Positions 47,540-59,876 of a stretch of 64,000 nucleotides of DNA are shown here, piece by piece (positions within the stretch are counted from its first letter, which is position 1; every line of letters starts with the position of its first letter). Position numbers and translations under genes: made by a program. This DNA comes from Chrysemys picta bellii (Eukaryota): the NCBI RefSeq assembly GCF_011386835.1, contig NC_088802.1, forward strand, positions 2,232,001-2,296,000. The letters are read 5' to 3'. The notes beneath the pieces were generated by a model. That model saw only the letters and a program-made list of their open reading frames with translations. It was not told the origin of the DNA and did not search any database.

Positions 47540-50190
47540 CCCTTACTGTCTTTTGAATAGCAGCTTAAGTCCCAAATCGTCGTTAGCAGTCTTCTCTGCA
47601 GGCTGGACAGTTCACTGTTCAGGAGTGGGCACTGCTTTCAGTCGAGAGTGATGAATCCAGTTCTTGTGTCCTTCGACCTTTGCCACTGTATGGGTGACAA
47701 GCAGGATGGTGTGGGGTCCCTTCCACTTCTCTTGGAGAGGCTCATCCTTCCAGGTTCGCACGAGAACGGAGTCACCAGGCTGCAGGGAGTGGACCCGGAG
47801 TATCCAGTAGAAGAGGCTGTGAATCTTTGGTGTGCCTGTGAAGAAAAGAAAGAACAGCAGACAGAGGGCACATGTACTGAGACAAGAAACCATACCCCAT
47901 CTCCCACTCCCCTGCCAGAACTGGGGTACCATTCATAGGCCATGCTCTTCCAAACATAATCTCGAAGGGACTAAGCCCTATCCTGCCCTTAGGGAGAGCA
48001 CAAATGCGAAGTAACACAAGGGGCAAAGCATCAGGCCACTCAAGAGAGGCCTCCTGACAGACCTTTGAGAGGTGTCGCTTGAGTGTCTGATTTGTGCGTT
48101 CCACTACTCCACTGGCTTGTGGTCGCCAGGGTGTGTGGAGTTTCCAGGGCATTTGCAGAGCACTTGATATCTTTTGAACCATTTGAGATGTGAAGTGTGT
48201 TTCATTGTCAGATTCCATCCACTGAGGAAGGCCGAAGCGAGGAATGATCTCCTTAACAAACTTAAGAGCCACTGTCTTGGCAGTGTTGTTGCGACATGGG
48301 AAGGCTTCAGGCCGCCCGCTGAATCGATCCACTAAGACGAGAAGGTACCTGTACTCTTGAGTCCTGGGAAACTCAGTAAAGTCTATTTGCCGCACCAATC
48401 CTGGGCCTGGGGTAGGTTCCAGGGTGGCTGGTGGCACTGCTACTTCTGGTCGAGGGTTATTCTTTTGGCAGATTAAACCTTCAGCTTGTACCTGTGATGC
48501 TAGTGGTTTAAGTCCAGAGGTTAGAAAATATTTATTCATGAGCTGGATAAGAGCCTCTCTGCCTGCGTGTGTGGTTTGATGCAGTTTCTGCAACACTGGT
48601 TGAATCAGGCCCTTGGGCAGGAGGATTTTTCCCTCTGTGGAATAAAGCCATCCCTCCCTGCGTGTGTGGTTTGATGCAGTTTCTGCAACACTGGTTGAAT
48701 CAGGCCCTTGGGCAGGAGGATTTTTCCCTCTGTGGAATAAAGCCATCCCTCCCTTTCCTGGAGACCGAGACTGTCAGCCAGGTTTCTGTCCTCTTGGGAG
48801 TACTGAGGGGCTGCAAGCTCACCCACTGATGGGATGAGGGCATGCATTTGGGCATTCTCCTCAGTTGCTGATTTCAGGGTAGCAGCTCGCTTAGCTTCCC
48901 TGTCTGCTCTGGCATTGCCCTTGGTTACATTTTGATCTTCCCTTTGATGGGCTTTGCAATGCACCACTGCTACTGCTGAGGGGAGTTGTACTGCTTCTAA
49001 CAGCCGGAGAATTTGAGACCCATGGTTGACCGGGGAGCCTTGGGCTGTTAGCATCCCCCTTTGCTTCCACAAACCAGCGTGAGCATGCAATACCCCAAAA
49101 GCATACTTCGAGTCAGTAAAGATATTAACCCGTTTGTCTTTTGCCAGCTTGAGTGCCCGAGTCACGGCCACTAGTTCAGCAAGCTGGGCCGACGTTCCTG
49201 CTGGTAAACTCTCAGCTTCCACGGTATCATGAAGAGACACAATAGCATAACCAGCCCTCCTTTGCCCATCCACAACAGTACTACTTCCATCTGTATACCA
49301 TTCCAAGTCAGCATTTGGGAGTGGCTGATCTTTTAGATCTGGGCGGCTAGAATACTGAACATCTATGATTTCTAAACAGTCATGTTCCTGGTTTTCTGTC
49401 TCTGGTAGCAATGTAGCTGGATTAAGGGAGGGACAGGTCTGCAGGGTGATTTCAGGATTCTCTAACAGCTTCGCGTGGTACTGAGCAACCCGAGCCTGTG
49501 TGAGCCAAAGACCACCCTTAGTGTCCAGCAAGGCTCAGACCATATGGGGAATATACACTTGGACAGTTCCTCCCAGTGTCAGTTTCTCCGCTTCCCCAAG
49601 CACTAGAGCAGTAGCTGCGACCGCCCTCAAACAGGCTGGCCATCCCTTTGAAACTTGATCCAGTTGCTTAGGAAAGTATGCCACAGGATGCTTCCAGGCA
49701 CCTAATAGCTGAAATGCCCTGTCCGCTTCTGGGGACCAGTGAAAGGGGTCATGTTCCGCTCCCTTAACACATTCATACAGAGGTTTAGCCCACAGTCCAA
49801 ACTCTGGAATCCATATTCTGCAAAAACCTGCCATGCCCAGGAATGCCCTAAGCCGTTTGCTGGGGATGGGAACTTGGCAGATAGCCTCCTTTCTTTCGTT
49901 TGAGAGCTGTCTCTCTCCCTGCCTGATGTGAAATCCCAGATATTGAACCTCTGAAACAGCAATTTGGGCTTTGCTTTGAGATACCCTGTATCCTCGCAGT
50001 TTAATAAAGTTTAGGAGACTCACAGTAGCTCTGAGACAAGGGATTAGATCCACAGCAGCAATTAGCAAGTCATCTACATATTGCAGCAGGAGGGCTCTGT
50101 CTGAATTATCCCACTTCTCCAAGTCTCTGACCAAAGCCTGTCCGAACAGAGTGGGGGAATTTTTAAATCCTTGAGCCAATACTATCCAGC
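47540..50190 (-). pseudogene. pol: ERV2 pol (partial RT, RNase H, integrase), frameshifted
   Basis: QGFKNSP..QYVDDLL; WYTDGSS..AELVA..FTDSKY; QIDFTE..LVDRFSG..ESDNETHF..SGVVERTNQTLK. Confidence 0.92.
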
Positions 50191-51484
50191 AAAGCTACTT
50201 TTTAACCCTTCTGTTGTCCTCATTATGCCTTGCAGTATTTTGCAGATCTCATAGTTGGTTGGGCACATTCAAGCCCCCCTTTCTTGGTTGTCAGCAAAGT
50301 TTTGGCTGTGTGTACAATGTCCTTGGACTGAGGCCAGCTGTATTTTCCTCTCAGTTAACTCATTCTGTGTTTTTTTTTTCTTCTTCTCCCTTTCTCGGCT
50401 TCTTCTAACTTTCAAAGGAACCTTCTACTCTTCACTTATACACCTTTTCTCTAACCATTAACACATACTCATTGCCATCATACACCTTTCCAGTAACATA
50501 ACTTCTGTGCAAAGCTTTGAAGCAACAAACCAGGACAAGCACACTCACTTCTGAGGATTTCACTCTGTACAACCTCTGGTGTCCAATAGCTTTCCCTTTT
50601 TAAACCTTAAATGCCTTCTCTCTCTTTACCAGATCTTTTATCTGCTATTTTGTTACCCAAAAACAAATTCAAATCTTTTATTCTTCTGGCTTTAACTACC
50701 CTGCTGCAGCCACAACCTTTGGTCTTTAGTTAAAACATTTTAAATCTTGTAAAGCGTTAAGTCACCTTAAGGATTAAATGCTAAATACCTTAAACAACAC
50801 TAGTTTCCTGTGTCTGGCAAAAGTATTCTCAGTTTTGCAACTTTAAAACAATACCGATTCATCTCAAACTTATAAAACACAGATTGTATATAGCAGGAGT
50901 GTTCTTCAGCAAATTAGACTAACGTATTCATAGTCAAATAATTCCACTTAAATAACCTCTTGCCTGAATTACTTACAGACATTCCTACCAAGTTTCACTG
51001 CTTGATTCCCTCTAGCAACTACAGAGTTAACTTCTCACTCTCTTTTCTTAAATCACTTGCTTGTCTCCCAAAACGACACCCAATCAACTCAGATTTTACC
51101 ATTCCAATTATTGTCCTGGGGATTTGAAATCCCCATGCTTATAATTACTTACTCCTTTCCTTCCACTATGCCCTCAAAGTTTCCAACCTGTTTTCCAATC
51201 TCTCTATCTGTTGCCTACCCGCTTGGGCCCGATCCTGCTTTTTTTTTTTTTTTCACTGAACCGTCCCTTCCATGGGCACCGGCTTTTTTTTCCACTACCA
51301 ATTTAGCTAGGAGGGTGGGTTTCTCAACTAGCCCCCACCCTTCCTGGTCTCTTCCCTTAAACATTCTTACTCATAAGGCTACCCGAGTCCTCCCTCGTGA
51401 GGCTTATGGCTAGCTAGACAACATTCAAAGATAGAAATGAACTTGCTTGGATTCGTTGAGAATTCTCCTGCCTCTGCCTTAGAC

Positions 51485-51600
51485 ACATAGACTCATAGAC
51501 TCTAAGGTCAGAAGGGACCATTATGATCATCTGGTCTGACCCCCTGCATGCTGCAGGCCACAAAACCGTCCCTACCCTTCCCTTGATTCTGCTGATAAAA
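51485..51600 (-). mobile_element. CR1 3'-end fragment inside ERV2 gag
   Basis: CATAGACTCATAGACTCTAAGGTCAGAAGGGACCATTATGATCATCTGGTCTGACC (reverse CR1 tail). Confidence 0.8.
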
Positions 51601-52576
51601 GCAGCCAGATGTTAAAAGCAACATGACACAAGATCCTGTGTTCCTGGATGGGCTAACACACTCTCAGTAATCAACGGATACAATCCCACCAAGGGGGGGG
51701 GGGTTACTCTCTAAAGCCTGTGGGGGTGAAGGAGCCGAAGGGGACACCGATTCTGGCATTACAACAGTGGGAGGGTTCTGGGGTTTAGCAGCCGTTACTA
51801 CCGAGCCTGTCGGAGTCAAATGGCACTTGAACAAAATATCAGATCATTTTTACATAATACCATTCCATAATCAGCCTGGCGTCTAAACGCCTTCCAATTA
51901 TTTAACATACATTCCAAGGGTGTCCCAGCATATGTGCTTTGTCCGGACCCCATTATGCTCGTGTTTAATTAAACCTGGTCACGGGTTCAACCGACCCCCC
52001 TTGCGATCAAGATATCCTGGTCACGGGGTTTCCCCTCGCAGGAGTCTCGGTGCGGCTAGAGTCGGTTTAAGTCCTAGACCTGGTTATCACAATTTTGGCT
52101 TCCAGCATATCATTAGTATGAAAAAGAACAATACCCCTGCCAAGAATAAAAGCAAGCCCTGGGGCTTTTCTACGTCCCAGTAATTGTCCAATACGGTCCA
52201 CAGACTAGGGAAGTTAGTGAAATTATTTATTAACCGTTGCCTGGCTTAGTTATCATGACCACAAAACATTTGTCCATTTACAGTACCTTTCCACACAGGG
52301 ATTACCCAAAGGGTCCAATTCTACACTGCGGGGGCGTTATCCCTCAAACCCAAGAGGTAAACGCACTTACCGCCCGGAGTGGCCGCGTCCGGCTGTTGGA
52401 CCTTCCCCTTCTTCTGGTACCGTCTTATCGCCGTGTCGTTAGGAGTTCTCTTTAGAGAGGACACAGCCGCCCCGACCGATTGTGACGACCCGAGGCCCGA
52501 GCAAACCAACAGCTCGAGGTGGCCACTCCTCGGAATCGCCCTCGGTCGTCGGTCAGTGCCCTCCACAGGGAGAGAA

Positions 52577-52594
52577 GTCCCGGCGGAGTCGCCA
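52577..52594 (-). other. ERV2 primer-binding site, tRNA-Arg(UCU)
   Basis: Plus-strand GTCCCGGCGGAGTCGCCA equals the recalled 3' 18 nt of vertebrate tRNA-Arg-TCT. Confidence 0.85.
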
Positions 52595-54959
52595 ATTTGT
52601 TGGCCAAATAGGGCCCGTTTCCCCCCGGAGCTTACCTAATTACACCAAGGAGGCACAGAGAGACAAGAAGACGGGTACCAGGTCCTTTATTTGTCAGTCA
52701 GCTGAGAGGGTGCTCCTCGGCTCATGCCAGAAGAGACACACCTTACATGGGCAACATAGGCCCTTTTTATAACCAGTAACAAACAATTCAGTTCTCATCC
52801 TTTTTACGTCATTATGCTGACCGATAGATAATAGGTTACACAGAATACATATATTATTTTGGGGACGGGGGATACAAGAGACATCTGTTGCGGATACATT
52901 TATCATGTTGAAGGGAGAACAAGGTACATCCCTTGACCCTTTGCACTAAATACCTTGGGGATATATGGGAAAGCGGCTGCAAACTAACTATTTCTCTCTG
53001 TTCCCTCTTCCTTATCTCTATTATTTCTGCTAATATGAGTGAAACTACAGCCATCTGCCAGAAACGCTGACCAATACATTTCTGCTTTAACATGTAAGCA
53101 GTTAGCATAGAAGTAGGTGAGAGTTCCCAAGATGGAGTCACTGTGGTTCACAGATAGGCCCAGAGCAAAAGAGTTTCATCGACACTTTGGCTTTCCACTC
53201 TCCCGAGTTACCTGGTAGCTATGCCTAGTGGATCCCAACAACAGCGAGTCTGTTTTTATTATTATTTTACAGCAAATAAGGTGCCAGGTACTGTAGGTAA
53301 TTATCAGGGGGCCCCCAGGTGTCTGATCTCCTCCCACAGCAGGTGATTGTATAGGACATGGGCTGGTTGGGCCGACCCTCTCTGCACTGCTGGTCTGGCC
53401 GTCCTGGCTGTGAATGGGAAGCCGGACGGGGAGTCCTTTGTTCCTGTGTAGGCGAGTGGAATATCCTGCTTCAGTGTTGAGTCCGGCTTTGCTGAATATT
53501 CGTAGACACGCTGGGTTAAATTCTGATGACATTTATACTAGCGTAAAACTAGAGTAACTCCAGAGTCCAACGTTTTGCATCCATATGGTGGACCAGATTC
53601 CCCACTGTGTGACTCTGGTTTCACACCGGTAGAACCCCTCTGATTTACACCGGACTCTAACTGGTGTAAACCTGGAGTAACACAGTAGCGAGTCAGGCCT
53701 GTGTTTGGGTCTGTGTCTGATCGCTGATACATGAAGGATCCTAGTGACAACTGCAGCTAACGTTCCCCCATGAGCCTCTACACCCACCCCCTCCCAGGAC
53801 CCCTGCCTCTCCCACCCCGCTCCTTACCCCTGCCAGCGAGTCTTGGGTCCCTCCCACTTCCCAGCCCTCAGCACCAAGAGACAACGCCGTGGGTTCAGAA
53901 GGGCCCGGCCTGCAGAGCAGGACCCAGGTGCCGGCCGTGCTCTCAGCCATGTGATGTGTGTAGTAGTGACAAGATCACTGCGCAGCCAGACGTGTGCACA
54001 GCTTACAGGGAACCCTGCTCCGGGCACCTAGCGGGGCTCAGCCGGAGTGCGAGGTGCGGGTGCCTTTCCCAGGCACGTCCCCCACAGCCATGTTCAGTCT
54101 GACAACCACCCTGGCAGAAATCTGTGGGGGCGGGGGGGCACATGACCCTGCATGCCACCCCTCCCCAGGGCTCCCGCTGTCAGCCCTGGGTGGCTGCCCC
54201 CCCCCCCCCCCCCCCCCCGTCAGCCTCACGGGGCTGAAACAAAAAAATCCGACATTTAAGAGTTCTATCGCGAGATCATGAGTGAGGCTTAATTTCCCTC
54301 AGAAATCATGTCTCTCGTGAAAACTTCCTGAGAGTTGGCATGGCTGCTAAGGGCCGTCAGGCCCCAGTGAACCAAGTCGCCATGGAAACCAGGCTGGGCA
54401 GTGAACAGGCCTAAAGGCCAACAGGCTGCAGTGAATCCAGTCGCCATGGAAACCAGGCCAGTCTGTGATTTAATTTTTTAATTTGTCACAGGCCACCAGG
54501 TGCTGAGCTGTCGGTGACAATACAGGACCCGCCCGGGGACCAGTCGCTACCTCCCCCGTCAGGAGCCGTGATGCTGTTGGACCAGGGCTGGTTGGGCCGA
54601 CTCCATGGGGCAGCTGGTTTACTAGTCCTGGCCAGGAATGGGAGGTGTCCAAGGCAGCCCTTTGCTCCTGCCGCAGCGAGGGCCCAGCCAGCTTCGGGGC
54701 CACGGCTTTGTGCATCGCTCAGGGTAGTCCCAATCTCCACATGCACCGTGAGGAACAAAGATCCCGTTTGCGTTCTGTATTGTTATTATCGATAGCCCAG
54801 GGAACCCACAGTCCCCCCACAAACCAGATCCCGTGGCACTCAGTGCTGTACGAACATATGTTAACAGACAGTCCCTGCCCCGACGAGCCTACATCTAAGA
54901 CACCATGTCACATGCGGGTGCAACAAAGAAAAGGGGCTGGTGGAGGGTGAGGGGACAGG

Positions 54960-55250
54960 ACCATGTTTTTACAGAGACTAGCTCTACCTACAACTTGTAG
55001 GGATATGAGATTTTGTAGTTGGTTGGTGTTTTTTATGGGAGATCTTGTAAGTTTTACAATGTGTAAGATGATGGGACACTCTGGTGATGTGTGTGGCATC
55101 AATACCCAGGTAAGGCCAAGATTAGAGTATTCAAACCACAATGTGGTGCTGTTTTCTACCTTCGTTACTGTAGTGTGATAGCCGATTGACTCTGGAGGAA
55201 TCATAATTTCATTAAACGGGAAATGGATGATAAATACACCCCCTGTTCTA
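54960..55250 (-). mobile_element. Possible L1/Tx1-clade LINE ORF2 relic
   Basis: SIGYHTTVTKVE (cf. SGYKIN.SKSE), YLGI in an adjacent frame, ISLQVVGRASLCKNMVL (cf. LSL.GRI.L.K..L). Confidence 0.35.
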
Positions 55251-55254
55251 TGTA

Positions 55255-55915
55255 TTTCGCCGCCCCAAGCACGGCAGGCAGGCTGCCTTTGGTGGCATGC
55301 CTGTGGGAGGTCCGCTGGCACTGCGGATTCGGCGGCATGCCTGCGGGAGGTCCGCCGGTCCTGCGCCTTTGGCGTACCTGCCGCCGAATTGCCGCTGAAG
55401 CCGTGGGACTGACAGACCTCCTGCAGGCATGCCGCCAAAGGCAGCCTGACTGCCGCCCTGACACCGACCGTCAGGCCGCCCCCCCCGCGGCTTGCCGCCC
55501 CAGGCACGTGCTTGGAGCACCCTGCTTCCAGGAGCTGCTTGAGGTAAGCGCTGCCCTGAGCCTGCACCCCTGAGCCACCCCCCTCCGTGCCCCAACCCCC
55601 TGCCTCAGCCCTGATCCCCCTCCCACCCTCGGTCCCAGCCCTGAGCACCCTCTTGTACCCCCAAACCATCATTACCAGCCTCACCCCAGAGCCCACACCC
55701 GCAGCCAGAGCCCACCCTCCATCCCCTGCCCCACCCTCGAGCCCCCTCCCACACCTTGAACTCCAAATTTCTGACCCCACCCCAGAGCCTGCACCCAAGC
55801 CAGAGCCCTTACCCCCCTCTCCTGCTCCAACCCCAATTTCATGAGCATTCAGGGCCTGCCATAGAATTTCTATTCCCAGATGCAGCCCTCGGGCCAAAAA
55901 GTTTGCCCTCCCCTG
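55255..55915. mobile_element. hAT-type non-autonomous element(s), GC-rich
   Basis: GCCGCCCCAAGCACG/GCCGCCCCAGGCACG subterminal repeats; right end AAAAAGTTTGCCCTCCCCTG. Confidence 0.5.
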
Positions 55916-56039
55916 CTCTAGGGACCCCTAGATGGCCTGATGTGACTGCCTGGGCCTGACAATGGCCAGACATTTTTAACTTGACAGCAGTGGGGTCCAC
56001 CCTCTGCAAGAGCCAGCCGGCTGTCACACCCAGAGGTGA

Positions 56040-56500
56040 GGTGCAGGCCCAGCTGACTTGTTAGCCCAGGAAAGGGACAAAGGATGGAGCAGGGGCAAAT
56101 GGATGGGCAGCTGGAAACTGGGGATTCTCCTGTAGGGAGTTGTGGGGAGACCACATGTTTTGGGGGCAAGACTCCCACAGTGTCTCTGAGGGCAGCTTCC
56201 ACCTTTCTCTCATCTCTGGGGAACTGTGTGGCACTGCCTGGGGAAGATTGCAGCTCCCCTTTGCTGGGGTCAACTGAGCAGGGGGGAGGGGGCAGGGCAC
56301 TGTGTGGGGAAGATCACAGCTACCCCCTCTCTGGCAGATAAATCTGTATCTTTCTAGGATGGTATCTCCAGTCCTAAGTCAGATGGGGGAGAGGGGTGGA
56401 GGGAAACCTCAGGGTCAAGTCCATAGAGTTCAAGTAGTTCCTCCCTTTCCCTGATGTCTTCTCCCCCTCCATGGGGAGCTAAAACCTACCAGTAAACATG
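56040..56500 (+). pseudogene. Galectin copy B relic (intron 3-like sequence plus last 9 codons and 3'UTR)
   Basis: AGGGTCAAGTCCATAGAGTTCAAGTAG (RVKSIEFK*) at 56411-56437; poly(A) signal changed to AGTAAA at 56491; flanks match copies A and C. Confidence 0.85.
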
Positions 56501-57217
56501 AATCTCCTCATCACCCTGCGCTGTCCCTGGACTAGTTATTCACCCCAGTGCATCCTGGGAGCTGGGATTGGGGACCTGGCCCCCATCTCAACTGGCCCAG
56601 AGGAACTGGCTGGGTGGAGGCTGGGCAGGCAGGGAGCGCTAGACCAGGGTGTGTGGTGGTGGGGATTCTCCTTTAGGTACACGGATCCTTCCAGAATTCA
56701 TACAGTGGATGGGGGAAATCTAGGGGTGTAATACTGAGTTAAATGCACTAAGGACTCATGATGGACGGATTGTAAATGGTTTTTATTATGGAACAAGCCC
56801 TCCGAAAATCTTTTAAATAAAGGCGGAATAATTCACAGGGTTTTACAAAAGCACAGAGGGAATATTCCACATCCACCACCCATGCACAATACCCCAACGC
56901 TTTCATTGTATCTATCCCAACACCCCATTCCCCAGGCTAACAACCACACGTGTACAGGCATGGGGCTCAAATTATTAACAATTGGCATCCCTGACGCAGG
57001 TCCCCCAGGTGTTACTGTTTTCTATGGCTACTCTGCCTCCCAGCTGTTAAGCTTGTCCCTTTGCTCTCACAGCTAGTGGGTGGAACACAACATACAGCTA
57101 TGATATTCTGAACTTTTCCTGCTGCTTCCAGCCTGTCCCTTAAACAGTGTCATCTTCCCATCAGATGGTCCAATGCACACTTGTTCACCATCCAGCAGTT
57201 ACCAGGGTGATAGTTAA

Positions 57218-58811
57218 ATGTTTCTTCTTAGCAACAAGAAGAAAGTCAAGGAAAGTGTGGGCCCCTTACTGAATGAGGGAGGCAACCTAGTGACAGAGGA
57301 TGTGGAAAAAGCTAATGTACTCAATGCTTTTTTTGCCTCTGTCTTCACAAACAAGGTCAGCTCCCAGACTGCTGGACTGGGCAGCACAGTATGGGGAGGA
57401 GGTGACCAGCCCTCTGTGGAGAAAGAAGTGATTCGGGACTATTTAGAAAACCTGGACGAGCACAAGTCCATGGGGCCAGATGCGCTGCATCCGAGGGTGC
57501 TAAAGGAGTTGGCGAATGTGATTGCAGAGCCATTGGCCATTATCTTTGAAAACTCATGGCGATCGGGGGAGGTCCTGGATGACTGGAAAAAGGCTAATGT
57601 AGTGCCTATCTTTAGAAAAGGGAAGGAGGAGGATCCGGGGAACTACAGGCCAGTCAGCCTCACCTCAGTCCCTGGAAAAATCATGGAGCAGGTCCTCAAG
57701 GAATCAATTATGAAACGTTTAGAGGAGAGGAAAGTGATCAGGAACAGTCAGCATGGATTCACCAATGGGAAGTCGTGCCTGACTAACCTAATTGCCTTCT
57801 ATGAGGAGATAACTGGCTCTGTGGATGAGGGGAAAGCAGTGGATATGTTATTCCTTGACTTTGGCAAAGCTTTTGATACGGTCTCCCACAGTATTCTTGC
57901 CGGCAAGTTAAAGAAGTATGGGCTGGATGAATGGACTGTAAGGTGGATAGAAAGCTGGCTAGATCGTCGGGCTCAACGGGTAGTGATCAATGGCTCCATG
58001 TCTAGTTGGCAGCTGGTTTCAAGCGGAGTGCCCCAAGGGTCAGTCCTGGGGCTGGTTTTGTTTAATATCTTCATTAATGATCTGGAGGATGGTGTGGACT
58101 GCACTCTCAGCAAGTTTGCAGATGACACTAAACTAGGAGGCGAGGTAGATACACTAGAAGGTAGGGATCGGATAGAGAGGGACCTAGACAAATTAGAGGA
58201 TTGGGCCAAAAGAAACCTGATGAGGTTCAACAAGAACAAGTGCAGAGTTCTGCACTTAGGACGGAAGAATCCCATGCACTGCTACAGACTAGGGACCGAA
58301 TGGCTAGGTAGCAGTTCTGCAGAAAAGGACCTAGGGGTCACAGTGGACGAGAAGCTGGATATGAGTCAACAGTGTGCTCTTGTTGCCAAGAAGGCTAACG
58401 GCATTTTGGGCTGTATAAGTAGGGGCATTGCCAGCAGATCGAGGAACGTGATCGTTCCCCTCTATTTGACATTGGTGAGACCTCATCTGGAGTACTGTGT
58501 CCAGTTTTGGGCCCCACACTACAAGAAGGATGTGGAAATATTGGAAAGAGTCCAGCGGAGGGCAACAAAAATGATTAGGGGGCTGGAGCACATGACTTAT
58601 GAGGAGAGGCTGAGGGAACTGGGATTGTTTTGTCTGCAGAAGAGAAGAGTGAGGGAGGATTTGATAGCTGCTTTCAACTACCTGAAGGGGGGTTCCAAAG
58701 AGGATGGAGCTCGGCTGTTCTCAGTGGTGGCAGATGACAGAACAAGGAGCAATGGTCTCAAGTTGCAGTGGGGGAGGTCCAGGTTAGATATTAGGAAACA
58801 CTGTTTCACTA
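57218..58811 (+). mobile_element. CR1 LINE ORF2 (RT) segment, truncated at both ends
   Basis: 546-aa open frame with [39 protein letters not shown]; ends at TTTCACTA before the 3'UTR. Confidence 0.95.
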
Positions 58812-59629
58812 TTTCACCATCACAAAGTGAGATGAGTTTTCATGTGGTCTCAGCCTAGTTGTTAGTAGACCTAGTTGAAATAAACTGACCAGTTTCCCTC
58901 CCCCTCCTTGTGACATGTATGGTGCTGAGTTGAACATCATTTCTGGTCTCCACTTAGAGGAGTCTAGTGGGTTAGAGTGGGGGGGGGGGAGGAGGAGGAG
59001 CCAGGATTCCTGGGTTCTCACCCCAGCTCAGGGAGGGGAGGGGCGGGGCAGGGCAGCTGGGAGCTAGGACTCTTAGGTTCTATCCCTGGGCCTTCCACTG
59101 ACTGTATAAATGTCCCATTTTGCAGATGGAGAAATGAAGGCACAGGGGGGGGGGCGGGGAGAGAAGATACTTGACAAAGGTGGCTGCTGTTTTAAGATCT
59201 CCCAAGGGAATGCACCATTGTGTGGCCTTTAAGTCACCACCCTTGAGACTGCCGTATTGGCGAACCGGGAAGTGGGTCAGGAATGGGCATCAGAACCTGG
59301 TGACTAGGGATGGGCCCAAAATGGTTTTCCTATCACAGAAACATTTCAGATTTCAAGAAAACTTCGCTATTCTACACCGGGATTGAGGTGATCCCTTTCC
59401 AAGTCCTCTGTGTAAAACCAGAGAGAGGCTCCTGGGACGGACCCTGCCCCCTTCTGGCTGAAAGTTTCAGTTTCCACTAACTTTTGGGGGTCAAAATTCC
59501 CAGCCCATTCTGCTCGATGCCCCTGCCTTTCCCATACTGCTGGGGCAGGGGGGTTTAAGTCCTGGTCCAGCTACATGGAAGAAAACTACTGGCTCCTCCC
59601 CTAGGTAGAGTTTCTCCAAGGTCACTAAG

Positions 59630-59876
59630 GGTTACGTCTACACTGCAGTGCCAACCCGCTGCACCAAATTAGAGTGCCCAGGTCGATTCGCTTGGGCTCG
59701 GAGCTACAAGTGTGTAGACATTAGGGCTCGGGCTAGAGCCAGGCCCACCCTGCAGGGTTTGAGCCCAGGTCTAGCCCAAGCCTGAACATCTACACTGCAA
59801 TCTTATAGCCCCCAGCCCACACCCCAGTCAGCTGATCCAGTCCAGCCAGGGGGCCTCATTGCCGTGTAGACGTACC
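59630..59876. mobile_element. PIF/Harbinger-type MITE (duplicate of 21982-22215)
   Basis: TIRs GGTTACGTCTACAC / GTGTAGACGTACC. Confidence 0.75.

Larger units (their letters stand above)
46721..53240 (-). mobile_element. ERV2: class I endogenous retrovirus, env-less and defective
   Basis: Two 643-bp LTRs (46721-47363, 52598-53240; TGTTGG..CCAACA; one mismatch seen, 47075 G vs 52952 A); TSD ACAG; PPT AAAGGGGGGAT. Confidence 0.96.

Noticed and set aside
54908-55897. 329-aa minus ORF
   Set aside because: Chimera of GC-rich hAT sequence and a LINE-like relic
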